From Thermodesulfovibrionales bacterium (GTDB taxonomy: Bacteria > Nitrospirota > Thermodesulfovibrionia > Thermodesulfovibrionales > SM23-35), in contig OY970295.1 of the NCBI GenBank assembly GCA_963716185.1, positions 3,163,316 through 3,227,315 on the forward strand: a DNA stretch of 64,000 bases, given 5' to 3'. A program made the position numbers and the translations under genes. Positions 18,807 through 29,626 of this stretch are shown here, in pieces; the stretch's first letter is position 1, and each line of letters starts with the position of its first letter. The notes under the pieces were generated by a model. That model was not told the DNA's origin. It was given only the letters and a program-made list of their open reading frames with translations, and did not search any database.

Positions 18807-20162
18807 TTACTCTAACCCGTACCTTTTCAATTTTCTCCAGAGCGACACTCTGTCTATGCCGAGTATCTGGGCTGCGAGGGTCTTATTGCTACCGACTTCT
18901 CCAAGGACCCACTTGATATAAGCGATCTCCTGTTCTTCAAGAGAAGGTATCTTCCCCTCTTTTTTTCTGAAGGTCCTTATGCTCAATTCCCTGAGATCCT
19001 CGGGAAGGTGGGCCACCTCAATAGTGCTTCCGTTAGAAAGAGCAACACCCCTTTCGATGATATTTTCGAGCTCCCGCACATTACCGGGGAAGTCGTAGTT
19101 GAGCAGCAGGTTCATTGCATCCTCTGATATACCGATGATGTCCTTTTTCATGACGGCCGCGTACTTTTTCAAAAAATAATAACTCATGAGCGGTATGTCA
19201 TCCTTTCTTTCTGAAAGCGGCGGCATATGCAGGGACACAACATTCAACCTGAAGAAGAGGTCCTGCCTGAACCGTCCGTCCTTCATCGCGTCATGGATAT
19301 CCCTGTTTGTTGCGGCTATGAGCCTTACATCGACCTTTAAAGCCTCTGTGCCTCCGACCCGGATCACCTCCCTTTCCTGAATGACTCTTAAGAGTTTTAC
19401 CTGCATTGAAGGCGGCATTTCCGTTATTTCATCAAGAAACAGCGTCCCTTTTGAGGCCATCTCGATCAGTCCTCTTTTCAGCGCTATTGCGCCTGTGAAT
19501 GCCCCCTTCTCATGCCCGAAGAGCTCGTTGGACAGGAGTTCCTCTGTGAAGGCCCCGCAGTTTATGGCAAAGAATGGCCCTTCAGCACGCGCACTGTTGA
19601 AATGTATATACTTTGCGAACAATTCCTTTCCCGTGCCGCTCTCGCCGCTCAGCAGGACATTGCAATCGGTAGGAGCAATCTGTTTCGCGGTATCGAGGAG
19701 GCGCTGCATATTGGCATCCTGGGTTATTATCTTGACCTTTCCCTGATAGTTCTCTATCTGCTCGCGCAGCTGTCTGTTCTCCCTTTTCAGTTTTACTTTT
19801 TCGAGCGCCTCCTGTACAACTTGTCGAACCAGATCCAATTTAAAGGGCTTTGCAATATAATGAAACGCGCCCTTTTTCATGGTCTCTACAGCAGACTCAA
19901 GCGTCGCATAGCCGGTTATCATGATTATTTCCGAGTCGGGATAAAGCTCCCGGCATTTCTTAAGTATCTGCATCCCGTCGACCTTTTCCATCCTTAAATC
20001 GGTAAGCACAACATCAAATTGCTGTTCTTCCAGCAGTTTAAGCGCATTCTGCCCGCTTTCAGTGCCTGTCACCTCATAGCCTTCCTTTTTCATGATGTGT
20101 TCAAGGTTTTTCAGCGCTACCCTTTCATCATCGACGACTAAGATCTTTGTTTTGCTCTGCAT
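18807..20162 (-). CDS. Sigma-54-dependent response regulator (NtrC family)
   Basis: REC (ILVVDDE, TDLRM, KPF), GESGTGKE, ELFGHEKGAFTGA, FPGNVRELEN, HTH. ATG at 20162 overlaps the kinase stop. Confidence 0.95.
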   Translation of the reverse strand: MQSKTKILVVDDERVALKNLEHIMKKEGYEVTGTESGQNALKLLEEQQFDVVLTDLRMEKVDGMQILKKCRELYPDSEIIMITGYATLESAVETMKKGAFHYIAKPFKLDLVRQVVQEALEKVKLKRENRQLREQIENYQGKVKIITQDANMQRLLDTAKQIAPTDCNVLLSGESGTGKELFAKYIHFNSARAEGPFFAINCGAFTEELLSNELFGHEKGAFTGAIALKRGLIEMASKGTLFLDEITEMPPSMQVKLLRVIQEREVIRVGGTEALKVDVRLIAATNRDIHDAMKDGRFRQDLFFRLNVVSLHMPPLSERKDDIPLMSYYFLKKYAAVMKKDIIGISEDAMNLLLNYDFPGNVRELENIIERGVALSNGSTIEVAHLPEDLRELSIRTFRKKEGKIPSLEEQEIAYIKWVLGEVGSNKTLAAQILGIDRVSLWRKLKRYGLE

Positions 20163-21661
20163 TATGTTAACCCCTTTATAGGTAGTCGTATTAAAAAAGT
20201 GGTTCCCTTTCCGATTTCGCTGTCTACGCCGATACATCCGCCGTGTTCTTCTACAATTTCCTGGACGATGAAAAGACCGAGGCCGGACCCCTTTCCGACA
20301 TCTTTAGTGGTAAAGAACGGGTCGAATATCTTCGTAAGAGCCTCAGCCGGTATTCCCTCACCCGTGTCCGTTATCTCTATATCAACAGTATCCTCAAAAG
20401 GGCATTTGCCCGTGCATTTCCCGCGATATCTCGGATAGTCACACAGTTCCGCCCCTTCCTCCTGTGTTCGACCGATCAAACGTTTCCATGCTTTTATGGA
20501 AATTCTTCCTTCATCTGCAATGGCCTGGATAGCATTTTTTATCAGGTTTAAAAATGCCTGCTCGATCCTCTGCTTGTCTGCCCATATGACAATATCGTCA
20601 GGTATATCGAAAACAGTCTCAACCTTTGTAGGTATTTCACCCTTGATCAGCAATATTGTCTCTTCAAACAGGCTTCTCAGGATCAACCTTTCCTTTTTAA
20701 ACTCTTTATCCCTTGAAAATTCGAGGAGAGAACGGACTATATTTTTTGCCCTGTCTGTCTGTTCGTCGATCTGCGACAACAGTTCTTTTTTATATTCCAT
20801 ATCGGCGTCTTCGATCTCCTCTGAAAGTATCTGACACGATGAAGATATATTAGATAACGGATTATTCAACTCGTGGGCCACGCCCGAAAGCAGCGTCCCC
20901 AGGGAGGCCAGTTTTTCTCTCTGTACAAGGTGTTTACGCCTCAACTCCAGTTCCTTGAGCATCTTGTTGAAAGCGGCTGTAAGAGAGACGATCTCCATAT
21001 CTCTTGAATCTATCGATACCGTTTCAAGTCTGCCTTCGGTAATAAGCTTCATCTTTTCCTCCAGGGATTTTAAGGGCTTTACCACCATCCTTGACAGGAC
21101 CTGACCGATTATAATCCCGAGGACCGAAAGGATAAGGAACGAAGAGACGAGGATCCTCTGGATGTTATTGAGCAGCAGCTGCAGCCTCTTTCGTTCAGTC
21201 TTTGAAATGTCCTCTGCGATTGTTATGATTTCTTTACCCTTTTCTCTTATGGCCTTTTCCAAAGCCATCCGCTGATCGACGTTTTGCCTGTTCAATAGAG
21301 CGAACTCTTCCATCAACTGCTTGTATTTTTCGATACCGTCCTTTATCGTGCCTAATTGAGGGAATACCGCGAGTCTCTTGTATTCTTTAAGATTCTTGTC
21401 AAGTATATCCTGCGCCTTGTCAACATACCGCATATTCTCCTTATAGTCCTCTTCATGCTCATAGAGAAAGAAATTTTTTTCGAATCTCCTGATCTCGAGT
21501 GTCGTGTCAAAGAATTCGATAACGACCTCTTCGAATTGTACCTTTTTCTCTATGTACCAGAGTTCTATAATAGTGAATAACGACAGGCCGACAATCACAA
21601 TGACCCCGGCATAATAACCGAATGTGATCTTATGTCTGATACTCGGGTGAAGTTTAAGCAT
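20162..21661 (-). CDS. Membrane HAMP sensor histidine kinase
   Basis: Two TM segments, HAMP, GVAHELNNPL, NLIKNA, DTGEG, PFFTTK, GSGLGL. Confidence 0.93.
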   Translation of the reverse strand: MLKLHPSIRHKITFGYYAGVIVIVGLSLFTIIELWYIEKKVQFEEVVIEFFDTTLEIRRFEKNFFLYEHEEDYKENMRYVDKAQDILDKNLKEYKRLAVFPQLGTIKDGIEKYKQLMEEFALLNRQNVDQRMALEKAIREKGKEIITIAEDISKTERKRLQLLLNNIQRILVSSFLILSVLGIIIGQVLSRMVVKPLKSLEEKMKLITEGRLETVSIDSRDMEIVSLTAAFNKMLKELELRRKHLVQREKLASLGTLLSGVAHELNNPLSNISSSCQILSEEIEDADMEYKKELLSQIDEQTDRAKNIVRSLLEFSRDKEFKKERLILRSLFEETILLIKGEIPTKVETVFDIPDDIVIWADKQRIEQAFLNLIKNAIQAIADEGRISIKAWKRLIGRTQEEGAELCDYPRYRGKCTGKCPFEDTVDIEITDTGEGIPAEALTKIFDPFFTTKDVGKGSGLGLFIVQEIVEEHGGCIGVDSEIGKGTTFLIRLPIKGLT

Positions 21662-21879
21662 ATTACATTCTAAATATATTTATTGCAAAAGGCAACATTA
21701 AATGATTTTTATGCAATAGTAAAGACTGAAGGAAAAGAACCTGTTTATACGGGCAGACAAATATGTTTATCGGATTTGATGAATATGTTGTTGCATTCTG
21801 AATCGGGACGGCTCTAAAGTTATTACCGCGAAATCAGCCATAGTTTTTAAAGGCTTTAATTTATAAATATAAATTTATT

Positions 21880-21895
21880 TGGCATGAAGTTTGAT
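21880..21895 (+). promoter_or_regulatory. Putative sigma-54 promoter (-24/-12)
   Basis: TGGCATGAAGTTTGAT: GG-N10-GA with correct spacing but a deviant -12. Confidence 0.5.
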
Positions 21896-21924
21896 ATATA
21901 ATATTGGAAAGGAGGCGATCGAAG

Positions 21925-22101
21925 ATGAAATTTATGAAAAAATTAGAAAAATTGTTTGTGGCGGTATCCTTCGCAGAAGCCGGAGAGTTTGATACAGCAA
22001 GAGAAATTCTCAGGGAAGAGGATAGGCCTCAAAAAACAGACAGAATATCTCCAGCCGACAGGCCTCGGAAAGAGTTAAGGGCGCCCGGCATCGGAAGATA
22101 A
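21925..22101 (+). CDS. Small protein with FAEAGE motif
   Basis: RBS AAGGAGG, 58 aa, AVSFAEAGEFDTAREIL motif shared with two neighbours. Confidence 0.75.
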   Translation: MKFMKKLEKLFVAVSFAEAGEFDTAREILREEDRPQKTDRISPADRPRKELRAPGIGR

Positions 22102-22161
22102 ATGAACATGGAGATAAATATTTTCTGAGTCCTGTTGATAAGGTACTCCAAAGGGAACAGA

Positions 22162-24171
22162 TCAATGAAACTCCTTTATCAGTACCTTATCAACAATTTC
22201 CTGTATATTATCAACCAGGACGATCTCTAATCCCTTTTTAGCATCCGCAGGAAGATTTTCCACGTCCACTTTGTTCTTGTTTGGCAGAACCACAACCTTT
22301 ACTCCCGCACGTCTCGCAGCCAGTATCTTCTCATTGACTCCGCCGACGGGCAGTATTCTGCCGCTCAACGTCAACTCTCCCGAAACAGCTACATCCCTTC
22401 TCGCAGGACTTCCGCTCAGGAGTGAAATAAGAGCGATGGCGATAGTTGTGCCGGCAGAAGGACCATCCTTCGGAATGGCTCCGGCAGGTACGTGTATATG
22501 TATGTCGTGGTTCTCGAAGAAATCCTCGGGTATATTAAAAGAAGAGGCGTTGCTTCTTATATAACTGAGGGCCGCCTGGGCGGACTCGCGCATCACATTT
22601 CCGAGTGATCCTGTCAGGATCAACTCCCTGTTTCCCTTCATCCTCGCCGCCTCTACAAAGATAATATCGCCTCCGGCTTCAGTCCATACCAGTCCGGTCG
22701 CGATTCCGACGCGGTCCTTTTCATGCGCCACTTCAAAATAATATTTTCTGGGCCCCAGAAATCTCTCTACGAGATCGGGAGTCACCTCGATGTTCCTGAT
22801 AGTTTCTTTATGATGTACGAACTCGGTTGCGATCTTCCTGCATATGGTGGCTATCTGTCTTTCGAGGTTTCTTGTTCCGGCCTCTCTCGTATATTTCTGT
22901 ATTATCTTGGATATGGCTCCAGCCGTGAATTTAGGGGGATAATCCGATAGTCCCTGTTCATGTACCTGTTTTGGAATCAGATGCAGCAGAGCGATGCTCA
23001 TTTTTTCATCCTCTGTGTAGCCTGAAAATTCGATGATCTCCATGCGGTCCCTGAGCGGGTCCTGAATATTATCTGCAATGTTGGCGGTCACGATGAACAT
23101 TACACTCGAAAGATCAAAGGGCACATCCAGGTAATGGTCGATAAAACACTGATTTTGTTCGGGATCGAGCACTTCAAGTAAGGCTGAGGAAGGGTCGCCT
23201 TTAAAATCCTGGCCGATCTTGTCCGTCTCATCCAGCATCATGACGGGATTCGCATATTCCGCCCGGCGAATCTCTTCAATAATGCGTCCCGGCATTGCAC
23301 CGGCATAAGTCCTCCTGTGGCCCCTTATCTCTGCCTCGTCTTTCATGCCTCCAAGGGAAATCCTCGCAAATTTTCTTCCAAGCGCTTCAGCGATGGATTT
23401 GCCCAGCGATGTTTTTCCCGTCCCCGGGGGGCCGGCAAAACACAGAATGGACCCCTTTGCCGAAATAGTTGACATTTTTTTATCGATCGCCTGCTTGACG
23501 ACCGACCGCACTTCATCAAGCTTGAAGGGTTTGGCTATATAATGGAAAGCGCCTTTTTTCATGGCTTCTATTGCGGAGTCTATCGAAGCATAGGCTGTAA
23601 TCATAATGACCTTGATGTCGGGGCATTTGACCTTTGTCTTTTCAAGAACGTCTATCCCGCTGACTTTCTCCATCTTAAGGTCTGTCAATACAATGTCAAA
23701 ATCGGATGCTTCAAGTTTTTCTATGGCCTCGGCTCCGCCAGAAGCTGTGATTACGATATAATCTTCTTTTGTGAGTATGTGCTCCAAGTTTTTCCTTGCG
23801 ATCTCTTCATCATCCACGACCAATATCCGCGGCTTCCTGTTCATTACAAGAATCTTTACGGCAAGGTGTTCGAGGATTCTTTCCTTTACTTCGCGCAGTC
23901 CGTAATGTCTTTCATCCAAAATCTTCTCCGCCCGTTCAAGGTCAAGATTGTCCGAGGTCTTTTTGTTCCAGGGGAGACTGACAAGATAATCAACATAGGT
24001 GAGTGCTATTGTATATTCTGCCGTAGCAGGGCTCATCTTGGACAACATGTCCAGTTCTCTGTCGGCGATCTGGCGGACATGTGGAGGCATGTTTGCAGCG
24101 GCAATCCTTTCCCGGAAATCTTCTATTGTCGCAGTGTGCAGTTTTTCTTCGGATTTCTTAAATAAAGTCAT
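22162..24171 (-). CDS. lon: Lon (S16) protease with inserted response-regulator receiver domain and no N-terminal LAN domain
   Basis: [21 protein letters not shown] at aa ~114-231, [32 protein letters not shown]. Confidence 0.92.
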   Translation of the reverse strand: MTLFKKSEEKLHTATIEDFRERIAAANMPPHVRQIADRELDMLSKMSPATAEYTIALTYVDYLVSLPWNKKTSDNLDLERAEKILDERHYGLREVKERILEHLAVKILVMNRKPRILVVDDEEIARKNLEHILTKEDYIVITASGGAEAIEKLEASDFDIVLTDLKMEKVSGIDVLEKTKVKCPDIKVIMITAYASIDSAIEAMKKGAFHYIAKPFKLDEVRSVVKQAIDKKMSTISAKGSILCFAGPPGTGKTSLGKSIAEALGRKFARISLGGMKDEAEIRGHRRTYAGAMPGRIIEEIRRAEYANPVMMLDETDKIGQDFKGDPSSALLEVLDPEQNQCFIDHYLDVPFDLSSVMFIVTANIADNIQDPLRDRMEIIEFSGYTEDEKMSIALLHLIPKQVHEQGLSDYPPKFTAGAISKIIQKYTREAGTRNLERQIATICRKIATEFVHHKETIRNIEVTPDLVERFLGPRKYYFEVAHEKDRVGIATGLVWTEAGGDIIFVEAARMKGNRELILTGSLGNVMRESAQAALSYIRSNASSFNIPEDFFENHDIHIHVPAGAIPKDGPSAGTTIAIALISLLSGSPARRDVAVSGELTLSGRILPVGGVNEKILAARRAGVKVVVLPNKNKVDVENLPADAKKGLEIVLVDNIQEIVDKVLIKEFH

Positions 24172-24312
24172 CCTACACCACCTTGCAGGATCTTATCAAC
24201 CAATGCTTTCATAATTGACCGGCCATTCTCCTTCCCTATTAAAATACAATTTATTCGCGACTAAGTAAATAATATTGATCCCGTTACAATAGCCTGCCGT
24301 AAAATTTCAAAA

Positions 24313-24415
24313 ATGTTGCAAATTGCAAACATTTTATATGTACGTGCAACAGGTTGGAATACGTTATCTGAACTGGGTAAATCTGAACCCCAGTAATTTA
24401 TGTTGCAAATTGCAA
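24313..24415. promoter_or_regulatory. Two copies of near-palindromic ATGTTGCAAATTGCAA, putative enhancer (UAS) sites
   Basis: Identical 16-mers at 24313-24328 and 24400-24415 in a divergent intergenic region. Related site at 21681-21698. Confidence 0.6.
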
Positions 24416-24541
24416 TAAATCATACTTTTCCGTATGTCGGAATCTCCCAAAAATTATTACATAAAATCAAGATGTTATCTAATTATTTCTGCTGGTATGA
24501 AATTTGGTATAGGAATCTTTATAGATTATTGAGGATTTCAA

Positions 24542-25036
24542 GTGAAGAAGAGAAAGACAAGCATGAAAGAATTGGCGGATAAATTTGAAGAGATAATGAC
24601 TTCGGTCGCCTTTGCAGAGGCCGGTGAGGTCGCCGGCGCCATGAGCATCCTCCACGAAAGGCATAAGGTTCTGCTTGTATTAACCGGCGAGGAAACAGAT
24701 ATGAAAGCGGCAAAGTATGCTTTAAACATGTGCAGACGCATCGGGGCGGGGATCCAGGTCCTGTATGTCACAAAAAATGAAGACGAAATGCCGTCGTTGG
24801 AAGAATGTCTTAAGGAATTAAAAACAAAGGGTATAGAGTATCAAGTTCTGCAGTGCAAAGAGCCGATGAAAGAAGAGATCATCAGGTTTATTGAAAAAGA
24901 AAAAGGTATCCAGTTCGTCGTTATTGACTCGCAGGATTTAAATATTGATTCAGATGGTGATAAACCGGAAACGCTGAAGAAATGGGAGGGACTTAATTGT
25001 CCATTAATTCTCGTTTCAGGGTTATCGAAAACATGA
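24542..25036 (+). CDS. Hypothetical protein with FAEAGE motif and USP-like alpha/beta region
   Basis: MTSVAFAEAGE, then KVLLVL..AAKYALNMCRRIGAGIQVLYV..CPLILV. Confidence 0.8.
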   Translation: MKKRKTSMKELADKFEEIMTSVAFAEAGEVAGAMSILHERHKVLLVLTGEETDMKAAKYALNMCRRIGAGIQVLYVTKNEDEMPSLEECLKELKTKGIEYQVLQCKEPMKEEIIRFIEKEKGIQFVVIDSQDLNIDSDGDKPETLKKWEGLNCPLILVSGLSKT

Positions 25037-25066
25037 ATAAAAACTTATTTAGAAAGGAGGTTTTTT

Positions 25067-25390
25067 ATGGCTGCAGATTACAGTAAGTCGAAGAAGAAGC
25101 CGATGGGAAAGATGGTGCTTTTCGGTATCTGCTCGGCAATCATCTATGGGGCGGTACTCTCATACCAGGGTCTTATAACTGCGTATTTTACGAGAGGTGC
25201 GTTGTATGCTGCCCTGCCGATTGCAGGGGCCTTTGCTCTGTCTTACGTTCACGGTCATTTTACAGGTTATTTCTGGTCTGTTTTAGGCGTCGAAGCGAAG
25301 AGAAAGGCTGTGAGTCCGAGGTCCGAGGCCGAACGTACCGACAGGCTGGAGCATACGCAACCGCACCCCCGCTTGAGAGCAAAATTATAG
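25067..25390 (+). CDS. Small two-TM membrane protein
   Basis: RBS AAGGAGG, SYVHGHFTGYFWSVLGVEA motif, basic C-terminal tail. Confidence 0.8.
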   Translation: MAADYSKSKKKPMGKMVLFGICSAIIYGAVLSYQGLITAYFTRGALYAALPIAGAFALSYVHGHFTGYFWSVLGVEAKRKAVSPRSEAERTDRLEHTQPHPRLRAKL

Positions 25391-25416
25391 GATATTGGAT
25401 AAAGGAGGGATAATAT

Positions 25417-26508
25417 ATGCAAGACGTAGCTCATGAAGTTGTAAAGTTTATTGATCTGAATTATGCGAATATATTGTATCTTTTCGCAGTCGGTTTTGTG
25501 GGAGGACTTGTAAGCGGATTTATCGGTTCGGGGGGAGCTTTCGTCCTTACCCCGGGTATGATGAGCCTCGGAGTTCCGGGACTTGTGGCGGTGGCAAGCA
25601 ACATGTGCCATAAGTTCCCGAAGGCCCTCGTTGGAGCTCTTAAACGAGCCAAGTATGGCCAGGTAGATGTCAAACTGGGGATTATCTTCGGAATCTTTGC
25701 TGAAGCAGGCGTATTTTACGGGGCCACTATCCAAGAGAACATAAAGAAGGCATTCGGTGATGCCGGTTCCAACCTCTATGTGAGTGTTTCATTTGTTGTA
25801 ATACTGGCAGTTGTCGGCGGTTTTGTTCTGCGGGATGCATTAAAGACTTACAGGTCAGGCAGAACAGATGAAGAAGAGAAGGTCTCAAAGATAGCCAGAT
25901 GGGTCCAGTCCGTTAACATACCCGGAACAATGGTATATTTCAAAAGCCTTAAGGCTAAGGTATCGGTCCTCTTTATCATACCGCTTGCCTTTCTAACCGG
26001 CCTGTCAGCTGCTACAATCGCCGTCGGAGGTTTTATCGGGGTACCTTCATTGATCTATGTGCTCGGAGCTCCGAGTCTCATGGGTTCTGCCACGGAACTG
26101 GTTGTTGCATTTGTCATGGGACTGGGCGGTTCATTCAAATACGCATTACACGGATTGGTGGATTTTCGTTTAACCGCGATTATTCTGGCCGGTTCTCTCT
26201 TTGGTATTCAGCTGGGAGCCATGGGTACAACCTATGTTAAGCCTTTCATGATAAAGTTTGTAATGGGCGCTATCATGGTGACCGTTCTTTTCAGCAGGGC
26301 GTTGATGATTCCGATATATCTCGCACAACTGGGGCTGATGCATCCGCTGAATGAAACCGTTGTTAAGACTTTAAAAAACTCGAGTTTCGCGATAATGGCA
26401 TTTGCCCTTCTCCTCGGAGCCTTTATAATTCTGAGAGCCATGTGGCAGGGACGCCGCGCGGAGCGTGAAGCGGCCAGACAGGAAGCTCTGGAACAGGTAA
26501 ACATATAG
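25417..26508 (+). CDS. Sulfite exporter TauE/SafE family protein
   Basis: GFVGGLVSGFIGSGGAFVLTP and a repeated GGFIGVP, multiple TM segments. Confidence 0.9.
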   Translation: MQDVAHEVVKFIDLNYANILYLFAVGFVGGLVSGFIGSGGAFVLTPGMMSLGVPGLVAVASNMCHKFPKALVGALKRAKYGQVDVKLGIIFGIFAEAGVFYGATIQENIKKAFGDAGSNLYVSVSFVVILAVVGGFVLRDALKTYRSGRTDEEEKVSKIARWVQSVNIPGTMVYFKSLKAKVSVLFIIPLAFLTGLSAATIAVGGFIGVPSLIYVLGAPSLMGSATELVVAFVMGLGGSFKYALHGLVDFRLTAIILAGSLFGIQLGAMGTTYVKPFMIKFVMGAIMVTVLFSRALMIPIYLAQLGLMHPLNETVVKTLKNSSFAIMAFALLLGAFIILRAMWQGRRAEREAARQEALEQVNI

Positions 26509-26510
26509 AT

Positions 26511-27365
26511 ATGGGAAAGTATAAAAAAATTCTTATCGCAATTGACGGCTCGGCATCGAGTCTGCATGCGCTCAGGGAATCTCTGAAGCTTGCTACGGAC
26601 GAAAAGTGCTGGGTAACAGTGGTTTCGGTTGTGCCGAGGTATGAGGGCGACCTCGGCGCTGTATGGGTGAACAATGTTAAGGACTCTTTCGGACAACCCT
26701 GTGAAATGGCTATTTCAGAGGCAAAAAAGATTGCCGAAGAGGAAAGGGTATTGATAAAGACTGTCTGTGAGGAAGGGGAGATTTACGAGCGGATCGTAGA
26801 CCTCGCCGACGGTGAGAACTGTGATTTAATAGTAATGGGAAGAAAGGGACGCAGCGAGGTAGAAAAGGCGCTCATCGGCAGTGTAACGGCAAGGGTTATC
26901 GGTCACACCCAGAGAGACGTACTGGTAGTGCCTGGGGTCTCAAGTATCGGTTGGAAAAAAATTGTGCTTGCAACCGACGGCTCGAAATATAGTGAACCCG
27001 CAATAAAGCGGGCTGTGGAATTTGCTAAATCCTATGACAGTGAATTGAAGATTGTTTCTGTTGTTGATGTAACTGAAGAATTTTTTGCGAGGGCTCCGCA
27101 GGCTGTCGAGGGTCTTGTGAACAAGGCAAAGGATTTGGTAGATGATATAAGGAAAAAAGCTGCGTCGGAAGGGATTAAGGCCGAAGGTATTGTAAGAGAA
27201 GGGGAGGCGTATAAAAGTATCGTAAATGTTTCAAAGGAAGAGAATGCGGACGCGGTAATATTGGGCAGCCATGGCCGTACAGGGCTTAGGAGGCTGCTTA
27301 TGGGCAGCGTTACGGAAAAGGTTATCGGCTATTCCCCTTGTCCTGTATTGGTTGTCAAGGCATAG
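26511..27365 (+). CDS. Universal stress protein (tandem USP domains)
   Basis: ILIAIDGS..LIVMGRKG..IGSVT and VLATDGS..GSHGRTG..MGSVT..CPVLVV. Confidence 0.93.
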   Translation: MGKYKKILIAIDGSASSLHALRESLKLATDEKCWVTVVSVVPRYEGDLGAVWVNNVKDSFGQPCEMAISEAKKIAEEERVLIKTVCEEGEIYERIVDLADGENCDLIVMGRKGRSEVEKALIGSVTARVIGHTQRDVLVVPGVSSIGWKKIVLATDGSKYSEPAIKRAVEFAKSYDSELKIVSVVDVTEEFFARAPQAVEGLVNKAKDLVDDIRKKAASEGIKAEGIVREGEAYKSIVNVSKEENADAVILGSHGRTGLRRLLMGSVTEKVIGYSPCPVLVVKA

Positions 27366-27546
27366 GAGGTCTCATGTAACGTGTGCTCTATGGTAGCTAT
27401 AGTGGAGACATGTCCGTTAATCTTGTGATTTATAGGTTATAAAAGACGGTCAGAATCATAAGATCAGGTATATTCGACAGTACCCCGGTGTGGGCTCGCT
27501 GGTTTTCTGTTTTCTGGGTCCCGCGAATGCCGGATACAAACTCGTG

Positions 27547-27744
27547 TTAACCCGGATTAGTCATAAAATTTTTTTGGAGGTACGCCGGAGATAGAGTATT
27601 TCCGCTCATTCTCGGCCCCGAAAGCTTTCAGGGCCTCCGAGGGCTTTGCCTTTTTGTTATCATCATAAATATAATTGACTATCGGCAAAAAAATCCGCTT
27701 CAATACTCTATCACCGGCTATTACATACAAATTTCTGAATAATC
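27547..27744. repeat. Second MITE-like palindromic element (single, right end truncated)
   Basis: Starts TTAACCCGG, 16/17 inverted repeat 27584-27600/27702-27718, central CCCCGAAAGCTTTCAGGG hairpin. Confidence 0.5.
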
Positions 27745-28049
27745 ATACCTGTTTCCAAAATGGATATGTCAGACTCTCAGAAAGTAAGGATATAGCTGAT
27801 TTCCGAAGCAAAATCACGGGTAACCTCGATGAGACCGAAGACGAAGCGGAGGTCTCAGCTATGAATTGTGAGTAGAATCCAGGTCGGATAAAAGGTTTGA
27901 ATATGATCAAAGGTAGTTTATTTAGATTCGGAAATCGGTTGTATCCGTTCCACAGAATATTTTGGATAGCAATGGTGAATAGTCTGAGTTAGCTGTAAGC
28001 GCGGGCAAAGCAGGCTTGTGTTATATTATTTGTATATATAGAATATGGC

Positions 28050-29624
28050 ATGTCACTCAAGAAGAAAATAACACTCAGCTTTCTTATCAGCGTATTTATT
28101 ATCGCCCTCCTTGCCGCGTTTGAATATGTAAACTTCATTGAAATCAAAAAAGAAATACGGATCATCGAGTTTACCGACACGGTCAGAAGCAAATCTCTCC
28201 AGATCAGAAGACACGAGAAAAACTATTTTCTTAAGTATTCGAAAACAAAAGAAGAGTCAACGGCCGTCCATAAATATCTGTATGAACTGAACAGCATCAT
28301 CAACGAAGGCTCTTTCGCCAATAAGCTCCTTGTAAACGATCTGAAGGCCAGTATCAAGGAATATGAGCAAAGCTTTAACACGATAGAATTGCTTGCGAGA
28401 AATCTATCGGGTGAATTTGATGAGTTGAAGACCTCTCATTCCAAATGGCGTGAAATGTTTCCTCTTATGGGTTCAATTTTAATAGAGCACCCCCTCCAGG
28501 GCATCGCGCTGCTCGAAAAGGCGTTTTCGCTGCCTGCCGACAACAAACTCATTTCGGGACTAAAAGAACTCGACTCCCATATAGATGCACTCAGGAAAAA
28601 CGGGGAAGGCATTCTCGCCATATCCGAAGAACTCGACAGGCTCGCAAGGGAACACGTGGATAAGACGATCCAACGATCTCAAATCGCAATCTTTATATTC
28701 TCCCCTTTATTTTTTATTACCGGGGTAGGAACAATAATACTGTTCAACAGGGACGTCGTCAATCGGCTTAAAGCTTTAATTGAAGTCGTGGAAAAAACCG
28801 GGAAAGGCAGTTTCTCAAAGGTGGCTCTTATCCCTCGAAATTGGAGCGGCGATGACGAGGTGGTGACGCTGATCAGGGAGTTCAATAAAATGGAGGAGAA
28901 GCTTGCTCAAAGGGAAGAAGAACTGGACAGGAAAAATAAAGAACTTTTCCAGAGCAGAAAACTGGCTGCTATCGGGACATTGGCATCGGGAGTTGCACAT
29001 GAACTGAACAATCCCCTTAATAATATTTATATTTCCACCCAGATTTTAGTACGGGAGATCGGGGAAACGTGTCCTTCAAAAATAAAAGAGGTGATAACCG
29101 ACATCCATAGCCAGACCCTCCGTGTAAAAAGGATTGTCGGTGATCTGCTCGAATTTGCAAGGGGGAGAGAACCCCATTTGAAAGAGGTAAATTTGTATAA
29201 TCTCATATCAAAGGCATATAAGTTTGTCGGGAATGCGGTAAATACGGAAAAGGTCAGGTTTATGCCGGACCCGGATACGGAGAGAACAACTTTCCGCGCA
29301 GACCCGGAACAGATGGAACGGGTCTTTATCAACCTCTTCACCAATGCCGTCGAAGCTATGTCGGGGGCGGGTGATTTGGCAGTCAGAGTAGCGCGGGAAG
29401 ATAATTTCATAAGGGTAAAAGTGTCCGACTCAGGAAAAGGAATGTCCGGCGCGGCGCTCGAAAAGATTTTCGAACCTTTCTACACAACAAAAGACAAAGG
29501 CACAGGGCTCGGACTCGCCATTGTTTTTAATATTGTAAATAAGCACGGCGGGAACATCAGCATTGAAAGCGAAGAAGGCAAAGGCACGACATTTACGATT
29601 GTTCTTCCCAGGGGGGAGGCGTAA
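28050..29624 (+). CDS. Membrane HAMP sensor histidine kinase
   Basis: IRRHEKNY periplasmic motif (paralog of 20162-21661), GVAHELNNPL, DSGKG, GTGLGL. Confidence 0.93.
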   Translation: MSLKKKITLSFLISVFIIALLAAFEYVNFIEIKKEIRIIEFTDTVRSKSLQIRRHEKNYFLKYSKTKEESTAVHKYLYELNSIINEGSFANKLLVNDLKASIKEYEQSFNTIELLARNLSGEFDELKTSHSKWREMFPLMGSILIEHPLQGIALLEKAFSLPADNKLISGLKELDSHIDALRKNGEGILAISEELDRLAREHVDKTIQRSQIAIFIFSPLFFITGVGTIILFNRDVVNRLKALIEVVEKTGKGSFSKVALIPRNWSGDDEVVTLIREFNKMEEKLAQREEELDRKNKELFQSRKLAAIGTLASGVAHELNNPLNNIYISTQILVREIGETCPSKIKEVITDIHSQTLRVKRIVGDLLEFARGREPHLKEVNLYNLISKAYKFVGNAVNTEKVRFMPDPDTERTTFRADPEQMERVFINLFTNAVEAMSGAGDLAVRVAREDNFIRVKVSDSGKGMSGAALEKIFEPFYTTKDKGTGLGLAIVFNIVNKHGGNISIESEEGKGTTFTIVLPRGEA

Positions 29625-29626
29625 GC

